Origin: Acidimicrobiales bacterium
Lineage (GTDB): Bacteria > Actinomycetota > Acidimicrobiia > Acidimicrobiales > UBA8190
DNA: 64,000 nucleotides
Direction: 5' to 3'
NCBI GenBank assembly: GCA_036796975.1
Contig: DAIRBY010000014.1
Location: forward strand, 2,793-66,792
Made by a program: the position numbers and the translations under genes. How positions within the stretch are numbered: the first letter of the stretch is position 1; each line of letters begins with the position of its first letter. The notes under the pieces were generated by a model that was not told where the DNA came from, did not search any database, and saw only the letters and a program-made list of their open reading frames with translations. This document shows positions 29,261 through 38,850 of this stretch, piece after piece.

Positions 29261-29635
29261 TCAGCCCTCGGTCACCATGAGCTGGTTCTTGTCCTGGTCC
29301 CGGAAGAAGAACCCCAGGGGCACGGTGCCGTCGCCTCCCCACATCTCGTCGTCCACGTCCACACCCCGCTGCTTCAGCTCGGCGTGGTCGGCACGGGGGT
29401 CGGGGGAGGTGAGCGACACGCCGGTCATCCGGCCCGGCTCGTAGCTGCCCTGCGGTGGCACGAGGGCGAGGGCAGTGCCTCCTCCTGCCGGCGTCACCTC
29501 CACCCAGCGGCTGCCTTCTCCGAAGGGGACGTCTGCGGTCAGGCTGCATCCGAGGTTCTTCGTGTAGAACGCGATGGCCCCGTCCTGGTCCGAGACCGGG
29601 ATGAGGACTCTTCCAAGCTGTGAGATCTTCGGCAC
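29261..29635 (-). CDS. VOC (glyoxalase-like) family protein
   Basis: 124 aa. LGRVLIPVSDQDGAIAFYTKNLG...GFFFRDQDKNQLMV. Confidence 0.85.
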   Translation of the reverse strand: MPKISQLGRVLIPVSDQDGAIAFYTKNLGCSLTADVPFGEGSRWVEVTPAGGGTALALVPPQGSYEPGRMTGVSLTSPDPRADHAELKQRGVDVDDEMWGGDGTVPLGFFFRDQDKNQLMVTEG

Positions 29636-29781
29636 TGCCTTCTCCTTTCGTTGCCGGAGCCCGACCGTAGGGCCCCGGAGCTACGACGGGCCGGCCGCTT
29701 CCAAATCACCGGCCAGGTTTGGATCCGGTTGACAAACGGGTAACCGCAACGGCGGGCCACGGTGGCGCCTGCTCCCCGCTC

Positions 29782-31977
29782 ATGACCATTCCCACGCTGA
29801 GCAGCCACAACCTGTTGGTCCTGTGGGTCCAGCTCGCCACCCTGCTGGCTGCGGCCCGGTTGCTCGGCTCGGGGGCACGGCGTCTGGGCCAGCCGGCGGT
29901 CGTCGGCGAGCTGGTCGCAGGTCTCGTCCTCGGCCCTTCGGTCTTCGGCCACGTGTGGCGCAGCGGCTTCCGGTGGCTCCTGCCCCACGGGCCGAGCTCG
30001 GCTCCCCTGCTCGGGATCTCCGCACTCAGCCTGGTGTTCCTTCTCGTCGTGATCGGCGCCGAGACCGATCTCCGCCTCATCGCCCGACTCGGTCGGGCGG
30101 CGGCATCGGTGTCGCTGGCGAGCATCGTGGTGCCCTTGGCGGCCGGAGGGGCCCTGGCGCTGGTGCTCCCCGCCATCCTCGTGGGCCACCACGGACGCGC
30201 CACGTTCGCGCTGTTGATGGCGGCGGCCGTCGCCGTGTCGTCGCTACCGGTGATCGCCAGGATCGTCATCGACATGGGGCACGTCCGCCGGGACGTCGGC
30301 CAGCTGGCCATCGCCGCCGCCACGGTCAACGACACCACCGGCTTTCTGGTGCTGGCACTGGCCAGCGGCCTCGTGGCCAACGGCGGCCTCCACGTGGCGG
30401 TGGCGCTCGTCGGGTTGCTGGGCATCGGCGCCGTGGCCCTCACCGGCGGCCAGGCGGTCCTCGACCGGCTGTTCCGCGAAGCGCGACGGCGAGAGGTGGA
30501 CGCCGCTGCCAACTTGGCGATCGGGATCGTGGCCTCGTTGGCGGCGGCAGCGGCCATGGAGGCGGTGGGGGTCGAAGGAGCGCTCGGGGCGTTCGTCGTC
30601 GGCATGGCACTGGGCCGGTCCCGTTTCCTGCCACAGCGGACCCTCGACAACTTCGCCACGGTGACCGCCGCCTTCTTCTCTCCCCTCTACTTCGCCACAG
30701 CCGGACTGCGGGTCGACGTGGGATCGCTGGGCCTGCCCGGGGTAGCGGTGGCCTTCGTGGCGGTGACCGTGGTGGCAGCCATCTCGAAGTTCGTCGGAGC
30801 GATAGCCGGCGGCCGGGCCGCCCGCCTCCACTGGCGGGAGTCGGCGGCCCTGGGAGTGGTCCTGAACGGGCGCGGCGCGCTGCAGGTCATCATCGCCACC
30901 GGCGGCCTCACCATCGGCATACTCGACACCGCCTCCTACAGCGTCATCGTCCTCATGGCGATCGTCACGTCCTTGGTGGTCCCGCCCGTGCTGCACAGAA
31001 TCGTGCGCGACTGGGGGGGAACGCCCGAAGAGCAGGAGAGACTGCAGCGCGAGAAGGAGCTGGGGCGCAACGTGATCGTCCGCGGACAGCGCCTGTTGCT
31101 GCCCAGCCGAGGCAGCCCCAACTCGGTCGCCGTCGCCACCGTGCTCGCTGCCGCCTGGCCCGAGGAGTCGGAGGTCACCGTGCTGTCGGTCGCCGCCGAG
31201 GGTGAGGCCTCCGCCGACATCGAACCGATCGTCGAGGCATTGGCGCCGCGGACGGCGGAGCGGCGCCACGTGGGATCGGAAGAGGTGCTCGAGGAGATCC
31301 TCACCGAAGCGCGCCTCGGGTACGGCGTCATCGCCTTGGGGGCGGCCGAGGAGCCCGGTCCCCATCATCTGCTCTCGGCGGTCCTCGACGACCTTCTCGT
31401 CGAGAGCCCGATCCCGCTGGTCGTCGTGCGGCGGGCACGGGGCGCCCTGGCGCAACAGCCTCCGCTCTCCAAGGTGGTGGTGCCCGTGAGCGGGACGCCG
31501 GCGGCACGAGCGGGACAGGAGGTGGCCTACAACCTGAGTCGCACCCGCGACAGCACGGTCGTGCTGGTCCACGTGGTCACCCGCTCCGACCCCGTTGCCG
31601 AGGAGGCCCGCCGCATTGCCACTCCCTCATCCCCGCTCGACGGCCGGCGCCGGCGCGGGCTGGCCGAACCGGAGGGAGCGGCCCAGGTCGTGCTGGGCGG
31701 GGCCCGGTCGATGGCGGACGAGATGGGCATCGAGCCCGAGATGCTCGTGCGTCACGGCAGCTCGCCGGGAGACGAGATCGTGGCCGTCGTGAAGCAGACC
31801 GGAGCCGACACCATCGCGCTGGGGTCCACGGTCCGCCAGGTCGACGGCCATCCCTTCCTGGGACACACCGTGGAGCAGGTGCTGGCCGAGAGCGATGCCA
31901 CCGTGATCCTGGTGCTGTTGCCCGAGGTGTCGTCGCGCCTGGGCGCGCTGGTCGCCGAGACCGCCACCGCCACCTGA
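29782..31977 (+). CDS. CPA2 cation:proton antiporter (Kef/NapA-like) fused to two universal-stress-protein domains
   Basis: ATG at 29782. LLGSGARRLGQPAVVGELVAGLVLGPSVFG and ~12 TM segments form the Na_H exchanger core. Two USP-like modules follow (...LLLPSRGSPNS...IPLVVVRR and KVVVPVSGTPAAR...TVILVLLPE). Confidence 0.85.
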   Translation: MTIPTLSSHNLLVLWVQLATLLAAARLLGSGARRLGQPAVVGELVAGLVLGPSVFGHVWRSGFRWLLPHGPSSAPLLGISALSLVFLLVVIGAETDLRLIARLGRAAASVSLASIVVPLAAGGALALVLPAILVGHHGRATFALLMAAAVAVSSLPVIARIVIDMGHVRRDVGQLAIAAATVNDTTGFLVLALASGLVANGGLHVAVALVGLLGIGAVALTGGQAVLDRLFREARRREVDAAANLAIGIVASLAAAAAMEAVGVEGALGAFVVGMALGRSRFLPQRTLDNFATVTAAFFSPLYFATAGLRVDVGSLGLPGVAVAFVAVTVVAAISKFVGAIAGGRAARLHWRESAALGVVLNGRGALQVIIATGGLTIGILDTASYSVIVLMAIVTSLVVPPVLHRIVRDWGGTPEEQERLQREKELGRNVIVRGQRLLLPSRGSPNSVAVATVLAAAWPEESEVTVLSVAAEGEASADIEPIVEALAPRTAERRHVGSEEVLEEILTEARLGYGVIALGAAEEPGPHHLLSAVLDDLLVESPIPLVVVRRARGALAQQPPLSKVVVPVSGTPAARAGQEVAYNLSRTRDSTVVLVHVVTRSDPVAEEARRIATPSSPLDGRRRRGLAEPEGAAQVVLGGARSMADEMGIEPEMLVRHGSSPGDEIVAVVKQTGADTIALGSTVRQVDGHPFLGHTVEQVLAESDATVILVLLPEVSSRLGALVAETATAT

Positions 31978-31985
31978 CGACGGGC

Positions 31986-33116
31986 TCAGGGCGGCATGAG
32001 GGGCGGCTTTCCGGCGCGGCGCGTCGGCGGCCGCAGGGGAGCGATCACCTCGGCCTCGTGGCGCCGCGGCCCCGACCACAGCGCCGGAGGGGCATCGACG
32101 GCGAGCGCCACGCTGTAGGCGGCCGTTTCGTAGTTGGCCCGCCAGCCGAGGAAGTCGAGCCAGGCGTCCTCGGTGGGCCGCTCGAGTGGGAAGTCCACCC
32201 GGCGCAACCGCTCCACGGCTGCTTGGAAGTCCTCGTAGGTGAGCGAGATGCCGTCGTTGGGATCTGCATCCTCGGGGACGTCGAACCCGATGGCCCGGGC
32301 GATGCTGGTGAGGCACGTGAAGCCGCCCCGCAGGCACAGCCGTGCCTGGACCAGGCCGGGGGCGTCAGGCAGCAGGGCCAGGTAGAGGGCGGCAGCGTCG
32401 AGGACGGCCAGCTGCGCCAGCACCCACGACGAGAGCGATCGTGGAGAGCGGAACCACACCAACGGGACGTAGGTCGTGTGGCTCTCCTGCACCTCCGCCG
32501 ACCATTGTTCCCACTGCTCGAACAGCGCCGGCAGCTCGCTCACGGCGGACACGCCGCTGCCGAGGCCGTAGTGGGTGCGGGCCAGCAGCTCCGGGCCCCA
32601 CGAGGGCACGCCGGCACGTGAGTCGAGGAGCGTGATGAGCGCCTCTCGCCGGGCGAAGGCGCCGTACAGCGTGGGCAGGTAGCCGATCTGCAGGGCCACC
32701 GTCCCCAATCCGGCCAGCGACGCCAGGATGTCGAGGGCTGCCACCGAGCCGCTTCCGGGAGCCACGGACCCGAGCGTGGGCAGCGATGCGCCGGCCTGTT
32801 CCATGGCCCCGCCCAGCCCGGCGCCTCCGATGAACGGCCAGATGAGCAACCCGAACCCCACTTGGAACAGCGCCAGCCACGCCACGATCTGCAGGATGAT
32901 CTGCACGGGCGCCTGGATGGCGAGGATGCGGTCGCGACGCTCGTAGGACCCGGCGAGGTCAGCGAAGAAGTGGAAGCAGGCCCGGTTGGCGAGCGCCACG
33001 TAGCGGGTGATGCGGCTGCGGATGCGGCGGGGGACGACGACGGTGGCGAGCACGCTCCAGGCGGCGGCGAAGACGAGGAACCCACCGACGAAGGCGAACA
33101 GGACCCGGACGGCCAC
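31986..33116 (-). CDS. hypothetical multi-pass membrane protein with a soluble C-terminal half
   Basis: 376 aa. N-terminal TM helices (VLFAFVGGFLVFAAAWSVLATVVV, IILQIVAWLALFQVGFGLLIW, LASLAGLGTVALQIGYL), then a ~200-aa non-membrane region. No family assigned. Confidence 0.55.
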   Translation of the reverse strand: MAVRVLFAFVGGFLVFAAAWSVLATVVVPRRIRSRITRYVALANRACFHFFADLAGSYERRDRILAIQAPVQIILQIVAWLALFQVGFGLLIWPFIGGAGLGGAMEQAGASLPTLGSVAPGSGSVAALDILASLAGLGTVALQIGYLPTLYGAFARREALITLLDSRAGVPSWGPELLARTHYGLGSGVSAVSELPALFEQWEQWSAEVQESHTTYVPLVWFRSPRSLSSWVLAQLAVLDAAALYLALLPDAPGLVQARLCLRGGFTCLTSIARAIGFDVPEDADPNDGISLTYEDFQAAVERLRRVDFPLERPTEDAWLDFLGWRANYETAAYSVALAVDAPPALWSGPRRHEAEVIAPLRPPTRRAGKPPLMPP

Positions 33117-33233
33117 GCCTCAGCATCGCATGGGCGCCCGGTAGCACGCCCGTGACCGCCGGCCCGCAGGGCGCTTGAGCAGGGAGAACGCCCGCGGGAT
33201 CCGATCTGTGCGTAAGTTGGTAATCTCGTAATC

Positions 33234-33701
33234 ATGACGACGCTCGAAGACATCCGGTCCCTGTTCCAGTCCCAGGTGCCCCAGGGCTGGTTCGAGGGCG
33301 CCCCAACGGTGGAGGCCGACGACGAGGAGATCCTGTGCGTGGGGACCCTCCCGCCGGGCGAGTCGGTCGACGGCTTCCGGGAACGCACCCGGGCCGAGCG
33401 CATGGCCATCGCCGGGGAGGTCGAGGCGCGCTTTCGGCGCAAGGTCTCCTGGGGCGTGGAACGAGACGGTGCGACCACCCTCTTCACCACGCTCAACACG
33501 CCGGTGATGACGAGGCTGCGGCTGCCCGAGCGCTCCGTGCTCGACACCCTCGTGGAGGCCGGGGTGGCACGGAGCCGCAGCGAAGCACTGGCGTGGTGCG
33601 TGAAGCTCGTGGGCCGTCACCAAGCCGAATGGATCGAAGACCTGCGAGAAGCGCTCAAGGGCGTCAAGCACGCCCGAGCAGGAGGACCGACACTCATATG
33701 A
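33234..33701 (+). CDS. protein with C-terminal ribbon-helix-helix (CopG/Arc-like) DNA-binding domain
   Basis: 155 aa. The C-terminus VMTRLRLPERSVLDTLVEAGVARSRSEALAWCVKLVGRH fits the RHH pattern of a beta-strand, helix, then RSEA helix. The N-terminal ~85 aa are unassigned. There is no SD; TAATCT lies 7 nt before the ATG, suggesting a leaderless mRNA. Confidence 0.6.
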   Translation: MTTLEDIRSLFQSQVPQGWFEGAPTVEADDEEILCVGTLPPGESVDGFRERTRAERMAIAGEVEARFRRKVSWGVERDGATTLFTTLNTPVMTRLRLPERSVLDTLVEAGVARSRSEALAWCVKLVGRHQAEWIEDLREALKGVKHARAGGPTLI

Positions 33702-34648
33702 CCGACGTGCTCTCTGATCTCGAGCTCACCGAGGCCGAGGCCGAGGCGCTCGACGCCTACTCGGCCACGGTCGTCTCGGTGGCCGACAAGGTGGTGCCCT
33801 CGGTGGCGGCGCTACGCGTGAACGGTCGGGGAGGCCGGCAAGGAGCGGGCAGCGCCGTCGTGCTCTCGTCCGACGGCTACCTGCTCACATCGGCTCACGT
33901 CGTCGGCGGTACCGAGCGCGGCACGGCCGCATTCCCCGACGGTCGCGACCAGGACTTCGAGGTGGCCGGTCGCGACGTCCTCTCCGACCTGGCCGTGTTG
34001 CGCGTGCTCGGCGGCGACCTGCCGGCCGTGGACATCGGCGACGCCGACCGGCTGCGCGTGGGCCAGCTGGTGGTGGCCGTGGGCAACCCGCACGGGCTGG
34101 CCGGCTCGGTCACCGCCGGTGTCGTGAGCGCCCTGGGACGCTCGCTGCCCGCCGGCGGCCGCCTGGTCGAGAACGTGATCCAGACCGACGCCGCGCTCAA
34201 CCCGGGGAACTCCGGCGGCGCGCTCGTCGATTCCCGAGGCCGGCTGGTCGGCGTGAACACGGCGCTGGCCGGGATGGGCCTCGGCCTGGCGGTTCCGGTC
34301 AACTCCACGACCCTCGAGATCGTGGGGACGCTCATCCGCGACGGCCGGGTGCGCCGCGCCTATCTCGGTGTGGTGGGCGGAGGTCGGCCCCTGTCGCCCA
34401 GACGGGCAACGGAGCTGGGCCAGCCGACCGGGGTCGGGGTGATCGAGGTCGCCGCGGGCAGCCCCGCCGAGAAGGCCGGATTGCGGCCCACCGACACCAT
34501 CGTGGCCCTCGACGGCACACGCATCGAGGACGCCGGGGACCTCCAGCGCCTCATGGGGTCCGACGCCATCGGGCGGACCGTCACGCTGCGCGTGCTGCGC
34601 GGCGAAGGCGTCATCGAGGTCGCCGTGGTCCCTGTCGAGCTGAGCTAG
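33698..34648 (+). CDS. HtrA/DegP-like S1C serine protease with PDZ domain and no signal peptide or TM anchor
   Basis: ATG 33698 overlaps the upstream stop (ATGA). TSAHVV (His), DLAVLRV (Asp), GNSGGALV (Ser), and a PDZ (GVIEVAAGSPAEKAGLRPTDTIVALDG). The N-terminus MTDVLSDLELTEAEAEALD is acidic, not hydrophobic. Confidence 0.85.
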   Translation: MTDVLSDLELTEAEAEALDAYSATVVSVADKVVPSVAALRVNGRGGRQGAGSAVVLSSDGYLLTSAHVVGGTERGTAAFPDGRDQDFEVAGRDVLSDLAVLRVLGGDLPAVDIGDADRLRVGQLVVAVGNPHGLAGSVTAGVVSALGRSLPAGGRLVENVIQTDAALNPGNSGGALVDSRGRLVGVNTALAGMGLGLAVPVNSTTLEIVGTLIRDGRVRRAYLGVVGGGRPLSPRRATELGQPTGVGVIEVAAGSPAEKAGLRPTDTIVALDGTRIEDAGDLQRLMGSDAIGRTVTLRVLRGEGVIEVAVVPVELS

Positions 34649-34702
34649 GCGCCCGTCCCGGCACCTTCGCCGACCCATGCCACCGGTCCGGATGTCCGCC
34701 CT

Positions 34703-37231
34703 TCATTCCGAGTGGAGGAGCGACGCCACTGGGGTGCGGGCGGCCAGGCGTCCGGGCAGAAACGCCACGAGGTTGGCCAAGACGAGCGCGCCCACGGCGA
34801 TGCCTGCCACGACGCCCGCCGGCACGGCCGGAACGGGTAGGGCGTGGATTTCTCGGGCGAAGAGGTCCCAGAGCCAACGACCGAGGCTGATGCCGGCCGG
34901 GACCCCCACCACGGTTCCGAGTCCCACGGCGACCGTTGCCTGCCAGGCGATGGTCGAGGTGACCTGGCCGGTCGTGAACCCGAGGGTCTTCAGCACGGCC
35001 AGGTCGCTCTGGCGTCTTCGAACCGAGGTCACCAAGGTGAGCGCCAGGGCGGCCACGGCGCCCAGTGCCAGGCCGAGGCCGAGGAACAACGGGGTGTTGC
35101 CGAGCGATCTGTAGTTCACGATCTCGGCAGGACGAAGGACACCGGTCACGATCACCCCGAAGTTCGACGTGTTGCTCGTGGCCTGCGCGATGCGGGTCAA
35201 GGAGGCTTGCGCAGCGGCACGCGACTGGCCGGCACGAACGCGTACGAGGATGGCGTTGGGCCCCGGAAGCGGGTTGGCGAAGGGGTTCCGGTCGGCGGCG
35301 GGTATGAGCCGGTAATCGATGAGCGCGCCGGTTCCCATCTCCGTGTGCAGCGGGCCCACACTGCCGCCGATGGCGGGCATGGCGGCGGTACCCACGATTC
35401 GCAGCCGCTCAGGTGGTTGGACTCCGCTCGTGAGCGTGACCGAGTCGCCCATGTGCTTGTGCAGCTCGGCCAGGGTGACCGCCCCCAGGACCACCTGGTC
35501 GGGAGCGTCGAGTCCGTGACCGGACAGGGTCGGCGGTGCCACCTGGGCCCCGGGGCTCTGCCCGAGCACGGGCACGGCTTGGCCGTCGAGGTGCATAGGG
35601 ATGGTGTAGAGCGCCGACCACCGGCTCACGTACCGGTCGTGACCGAGGAGGGTCGCCGCCTGTTGCTCGGGGATGTCGGCGCCCGAGACGAGCATGTAGT
35701 CCCAGTTCCAGCCGTAGAACGCCGGATGGGATACGAGGGAGCTCAGGCTGGCGCCGAAGGTGACCGTGGCGACGATGACCACGACGGCGAGGGCGGCCCC
35801 GAAGATGGCCGAGCGCACCGGCACCGCCCGGCGCCCGCTGCCGGGTTGGAGGGCGAAGCGGACGCCTGTGACCGCCGGCACAGGCAGATCGGATCCGGCC
35901 ACAACAGCCACGACCCGTGACGGGCGATCGACATCCCAGAGCAAGCGCGGGAATCGATGGGGCGAGTACCGCACGGCCGTGAACACCGTGAACCCCCCCA
36001 GCCCGACGACGAGGAGGCCGACGCCTGAACCCAGGACCGCCCAGTCGAAGCTCACGCCGGGAACGGGGTACACAGAACGGAAAGGCCCGAGCGGCGAGAC
36101 CGGGGACAGGGCCACGGCGACAGCCACTGCCAGGAGCGCACCGACGCAGACCGCCCCGACCATGCCGATCAACCCGTCGGTGACGGCCACCGCCGGTCCG
36201 GCGCCGAGGCTGCGCAACACCACCCGATCGTCGGCTTCGAAGCGAAGCTGACGCCCGATCACCTGGCCGGCGATGAGCAGAGCGGCGAGAGCGACGATGC
36301 CTCCGAAGACCCCGAGAGCGAGCGCCTCCGGCTCGACGGCGCGTTGGGACTTGGCGATCTGCGGTTCGGTGCTGGCGAACGGCGGGTAGCCGCTCCCCAC
36401 GACACTGCTTATGGCGGCGGCGACCTTTGCCACATTGCGGCTCCCCCCAATCACCTGCACACCGGTCGTCGTGTAGTTGACACAGCACCCGAGCAGGGGA
36501 CGGGTGAGCGCCGGCGTGAAGACGTCGTCGCGGCCGCTCCCGGCATCGGCATCGTCGTGGACGACGGTCGATCCGTCCACGAAGATCCCGACCACCCTTT
36601 CGTCGATGATCCGAATCGGGGCGACGGCGGCCGTCCCGAAGCCGGGCAGCTGGGTCTGGGCGTTGGTGTAGATGCCCACCGGGAGGATGCTCCCGACGTG
36701 GACGAAGAGGGCGGAAGCGCCGTGGGCGCTGAGCATCAGCTCGTCGGCACGCCTGGGATCGGCCATGCGACCTTTCGTCACGATCACCTTGTCCTGATCG
36801 AATGACAGGCCGTCGACGCTGCCGTATCCGTTGCCGGCTGAAGGCGGATACCAATTGGGGGCGTTCAACGGCGAGCCGTCGTGTTGCAGGGGCAGGAAGT
36901 CGACGCCGACCTGGCTCTCGACTCTCCTGACGTCGGGGAGGTGCGCGATCGCTCGAACCACGGACGGGTCGTAGCCGGCGTCGCTGCCGAGGAGGGGGTT
37001 GACGACCGCCGTCGCTCCCTCCAGGTCGGAGAGGTTGGTGCTGGCGTAGAACACCGAAGGCGAGGAAGCCGTGCGCCGTCCCGCCGCCACCGACGCCATG
37101 GCCAGGCCGCCCAGGAGACCGACGAGAAGGACGACGGCGAGGTACCCACCCCTGCGGTGGCGGAAGGTCGTCGTGAAGCGGTACCAGGACGGGCGAAGCC
37201 CGCGCATCACCGATTCCCGGACCCCATCCAC
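34703..37231 (-). CDS. FtsX/MacB-type ABC transporter permease (no adjacent ATPase gene)
   Basis: 842 aa. N-terminal TM, a large extracytoplasmic domain, an FtsX 4-TM module, a second large loop, and a C-terminal FtsX module (...LKTLGFTTGQVTSTIAWQATV...). The neighbouring genes are unrelated. Confidence 0.8.
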   Translation of the reverse strand: MDGVRESVMRGLRPSWYRFTTTFRHRRGGYLAVVLLVGLLGGLAMASVAAGRRTASSPSVFYASTNLSDLEGATAVVNPLLGSDAGYDPSVVRAIAHLPDVRRVESQVGVDFLPLQHDGSPLNAPNWYPPSAGNGYGSVDGLSFDQDKVIVTKGRMADPRRADELMLSAHGASALFVHVGSILPVGIYTNAQTQLPGFGTAAVAPIRIIDERVVGIFVDGSTVVHDDADAGSGRDDVFTPALTRPLLGCCVNYTTTGVQVIGGSRNVAKVAAAISSVVGSGYPPFASTEPQIAKSQRAVEPEALALGVFGGIVALAALLIAGQVIGRQLRFEADDRVVLRSLGAGPAVAVTDGLIGMVGAVCVGALLAVAVAVALSPVSPLGPFRSVYPVPGVSFDWAVLGSGVGLLVVGLGGFTVFTAVRYSPHRFPRLLWDVDRPSRVVAVVAGSDLPVPAVTGVRFALQPGSGRRAVPVRSAIFGAALAVVVIVATVTFGASLSSLVSHPAFYGWNWDYMLVSGADIPEQQAATLLGHDRYVSRWSALYTIPMHLDGQAVPVLGQSPGAQVAPPTLSGHGLDAPDQVVLGAVTLAELHKHMGDSVTLTSGVQPPERLRIVGTAAMPAIGGSVGPLHTEMGTGALIDYRLIPAADRNPFANPLPGPNAILVRVRAGQSRAAAQASLTRIAQATSNTSNFGVIVTGVLRPAEIVNYRSLGNTPLFLGLGLALGAVAALALTLVTSVRRRQSDLAVLKTLGFTTGQVTSTIAWQATVAVGLGTVVGVPAGISLGRWLWDLFAREIHALPVPAVPAGVVAGIAVGALVLANLVAFLPGRLAARTPVASLLHSE

Positions 37232-37353
37232 CAGGCTTGTTCTCTCATAAACGGCCCGGTCTCACCAGCAGGCCAGCACCCCCATGGCGAGCGTGCTGGG
37301 ATCCCGGGAACCCGTGAGCGGCGAGCTCGCCACGGCCCCGGCTGGACGCTCGG

Positions 37354-37950
37354 CTACTTCTTCACCCGGTAGTCGATGAAGGTGGCGTTGGGCGATTGCC
37401 GCACCCCGAGATGCTCGAGCTCGATCGACCGGGTGAAGCCGTCGAACAGCCTCTTCCCTGCGCCCAGGGTGAGCGGGGCGACGATGATCGTCAACTCGTC
37501 CACGTACCCGGCCTCGAGCGCTTGTCGGATGACATCGCCGCCGCCCATGAGGTGGACGGCGCGGTCGCCCGCCACGGCCACCGCCCGCTCGATGGCCTGC
37601 TCCATGCTCCCCACGAAGACGAACTCGTCGCCGGGCGGCTGGTCCTCGGGGCGGTGGGTCACGACGAAGACCGGGATGCCCCACGGGTTCTCGTCACCCC
37701 AGTGCCCGGCCGCCTCGTAGGTGGCCCGCCCGCAGATGACCGCCCCCAGCGAGGTCATGGCCGCCTCCAACCACGCCTTGTCCTCGCCCACGGGCTCGCC
37801 CCGGCCTGGCGAGTCGTAGGTCCAGGGCCCGCCGAACACCCAGTAGTGCAGTCGTTCCCCGCCCACCCCGAGCCCGCACTCCGGGCCGTCGTCGGGACCG
37901 GTGATGTAACCGTCCACCGAGACCGTGATGCCGGCCACGAGCTTGGTCAC
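37354..37950 (-). CDS. dihydrofolate reductase family protein (RibD C-terminal domain type)
   Basis: MTKLVAGITVSVDGYITGPDD...VHLMGGGDVIRQALEAGYVDELTIIVAPLTLGAGKRLF. Confidence 0.85.
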   Translation of the reverse strand: MTKLVAGITVSVDGYITGPDDGPECGLGVGGERLHYWVFGGPWTYDSPGRGEPVGEDKAWLEAAMTSLGAVICGRATYEAAGHWGDENPWGIPVFVVTHRPEDQPPGDEFVFVGSMEQAIERAVAVAGDRAVHLMGGGDVIRQALEAGYVDELTIIVAPLTLGAGKRLFDGFTRSIELEHLGVRQSPNATFIDYRVKK

Positions 37951-38016
37951 CGCATGTCTCCTTGTCCTGGGGCGCTGTGGCGCCCGCCTGCCCGTACGCA
38001 GACGGCTCCTCGCCGC

Positions 38017-38850
38017 TCAGCTCATCGCCGCTTCGCTGTCGCCGCTCTCGAGCCAGTCCCGCGTGCAGCGGTAGGCGGCCTCGGCCAGCTCGGCACCCCG
38101 CCGGTACTCGAACGGGCCCGGGGCGTGGGGCTGGGCTGAGGGCACGACACGGACGCGGCCCCCGTGGTCCTCGGCGTGGCGAACGGCGTCGGCCAGCTCC
38201 GCCAGGCCCATCCGGGTGGTCACCAGCGACACGGAGTTCATGGCCATGGCCACCGCTCCACGGGGTGGGCGGATCCGCGGCGCGGTGGCGGTGGTGACCA
38301 CGTAGACGTCGTCGGCACCCAGTGCCTGTGCCTGGCGCACCGGCCTGTTGGCCGACAGGCTCCCGTCGACGAGCCACCTGCCGTCCACCCGGACAGCCGG
38401 AAGCAGCCCAGGGATGGCGGCGCTGGCGGCCACCGCCTCCACGAGGTCGCCGCTGCGCAGCACGACGCACTCGCCCGAGAGCGCATCGGTGGCGGTCACG
38501 GCCAAGGTGACCTTGGCGTCCTCGATGCGGGTGGTCTCGATCCAGCGCCGCACGAGACGGCGGAGCCTGGTGGGCGAGAGCAGGTGGTCACGGAAACCGA
38601 GGAAGCCGGCCAACGCCCACAAGGGGTTCAGCTGCACCGCTTCCTTGCGCCGCAACGTGCTCCAGCCCTGTACCAAGGATTGCGCCCCGGACACCCCGGG
38701 CCGGCACGCCAGGAACGCGGCGTTGAGCGCACCGACCGAACTGCCCACGAGGAGATCCGGCTCGACGCCCGACTCGAGCAGCGCCAGCAGGGTGCCCGCT
38801 TGGAGCGGACCCAGGTTTCCGCCGCCCGACAGGGCAAAGGCCACCGTCAC
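38017..38850 (-). CDS. patatin-like phospholipase
   Basis: VAFALSGGGNLGPLQAG (oxyanion GGGxxG), VGSSVGALNAA (GxSxG), and LVDGSL (catalytic Asp). I prefer the GTG start at 38850. The ORF-track start at 39249 would overlap rtcB. Confidence 0.8.
   Translation of the reverse strand: MTVAFALSGGGNLGPLQAGTLLALLESGVEPDLLVGSSVGALNAAFLACRPGVSGAQSLVQGWSTLRRKEAVQLNPLWALAGFLGFRDHLLSPTRLRRLVRRWIETTRIEDAKVTLAVTATDALSGECVVLRSGDLVEAVAASAAIPGLLPAVRVDGRWLVDGSLSANRPVRQAQALGADDVYVVTTATAPRIRPPRGAVAMAMNSVSLVTTRMGLAELADAVRHAEDHGGRVRVVPSAQPHAPGPFEYRRGAELAEAAYRCTRDWLESGDSEAAMS

Noticed and set aside
31986-33116. Possible degenerate K+-channel pore (LPTLGSVAPGSG followed by a TM helix) in the 376-aa membrane protein next to the CPA2 antiporter.
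   Set aside because: There is no TxGYG-type selectivity filter. The resemblance rests on a vague memory of the family, which is not enough to make a call.
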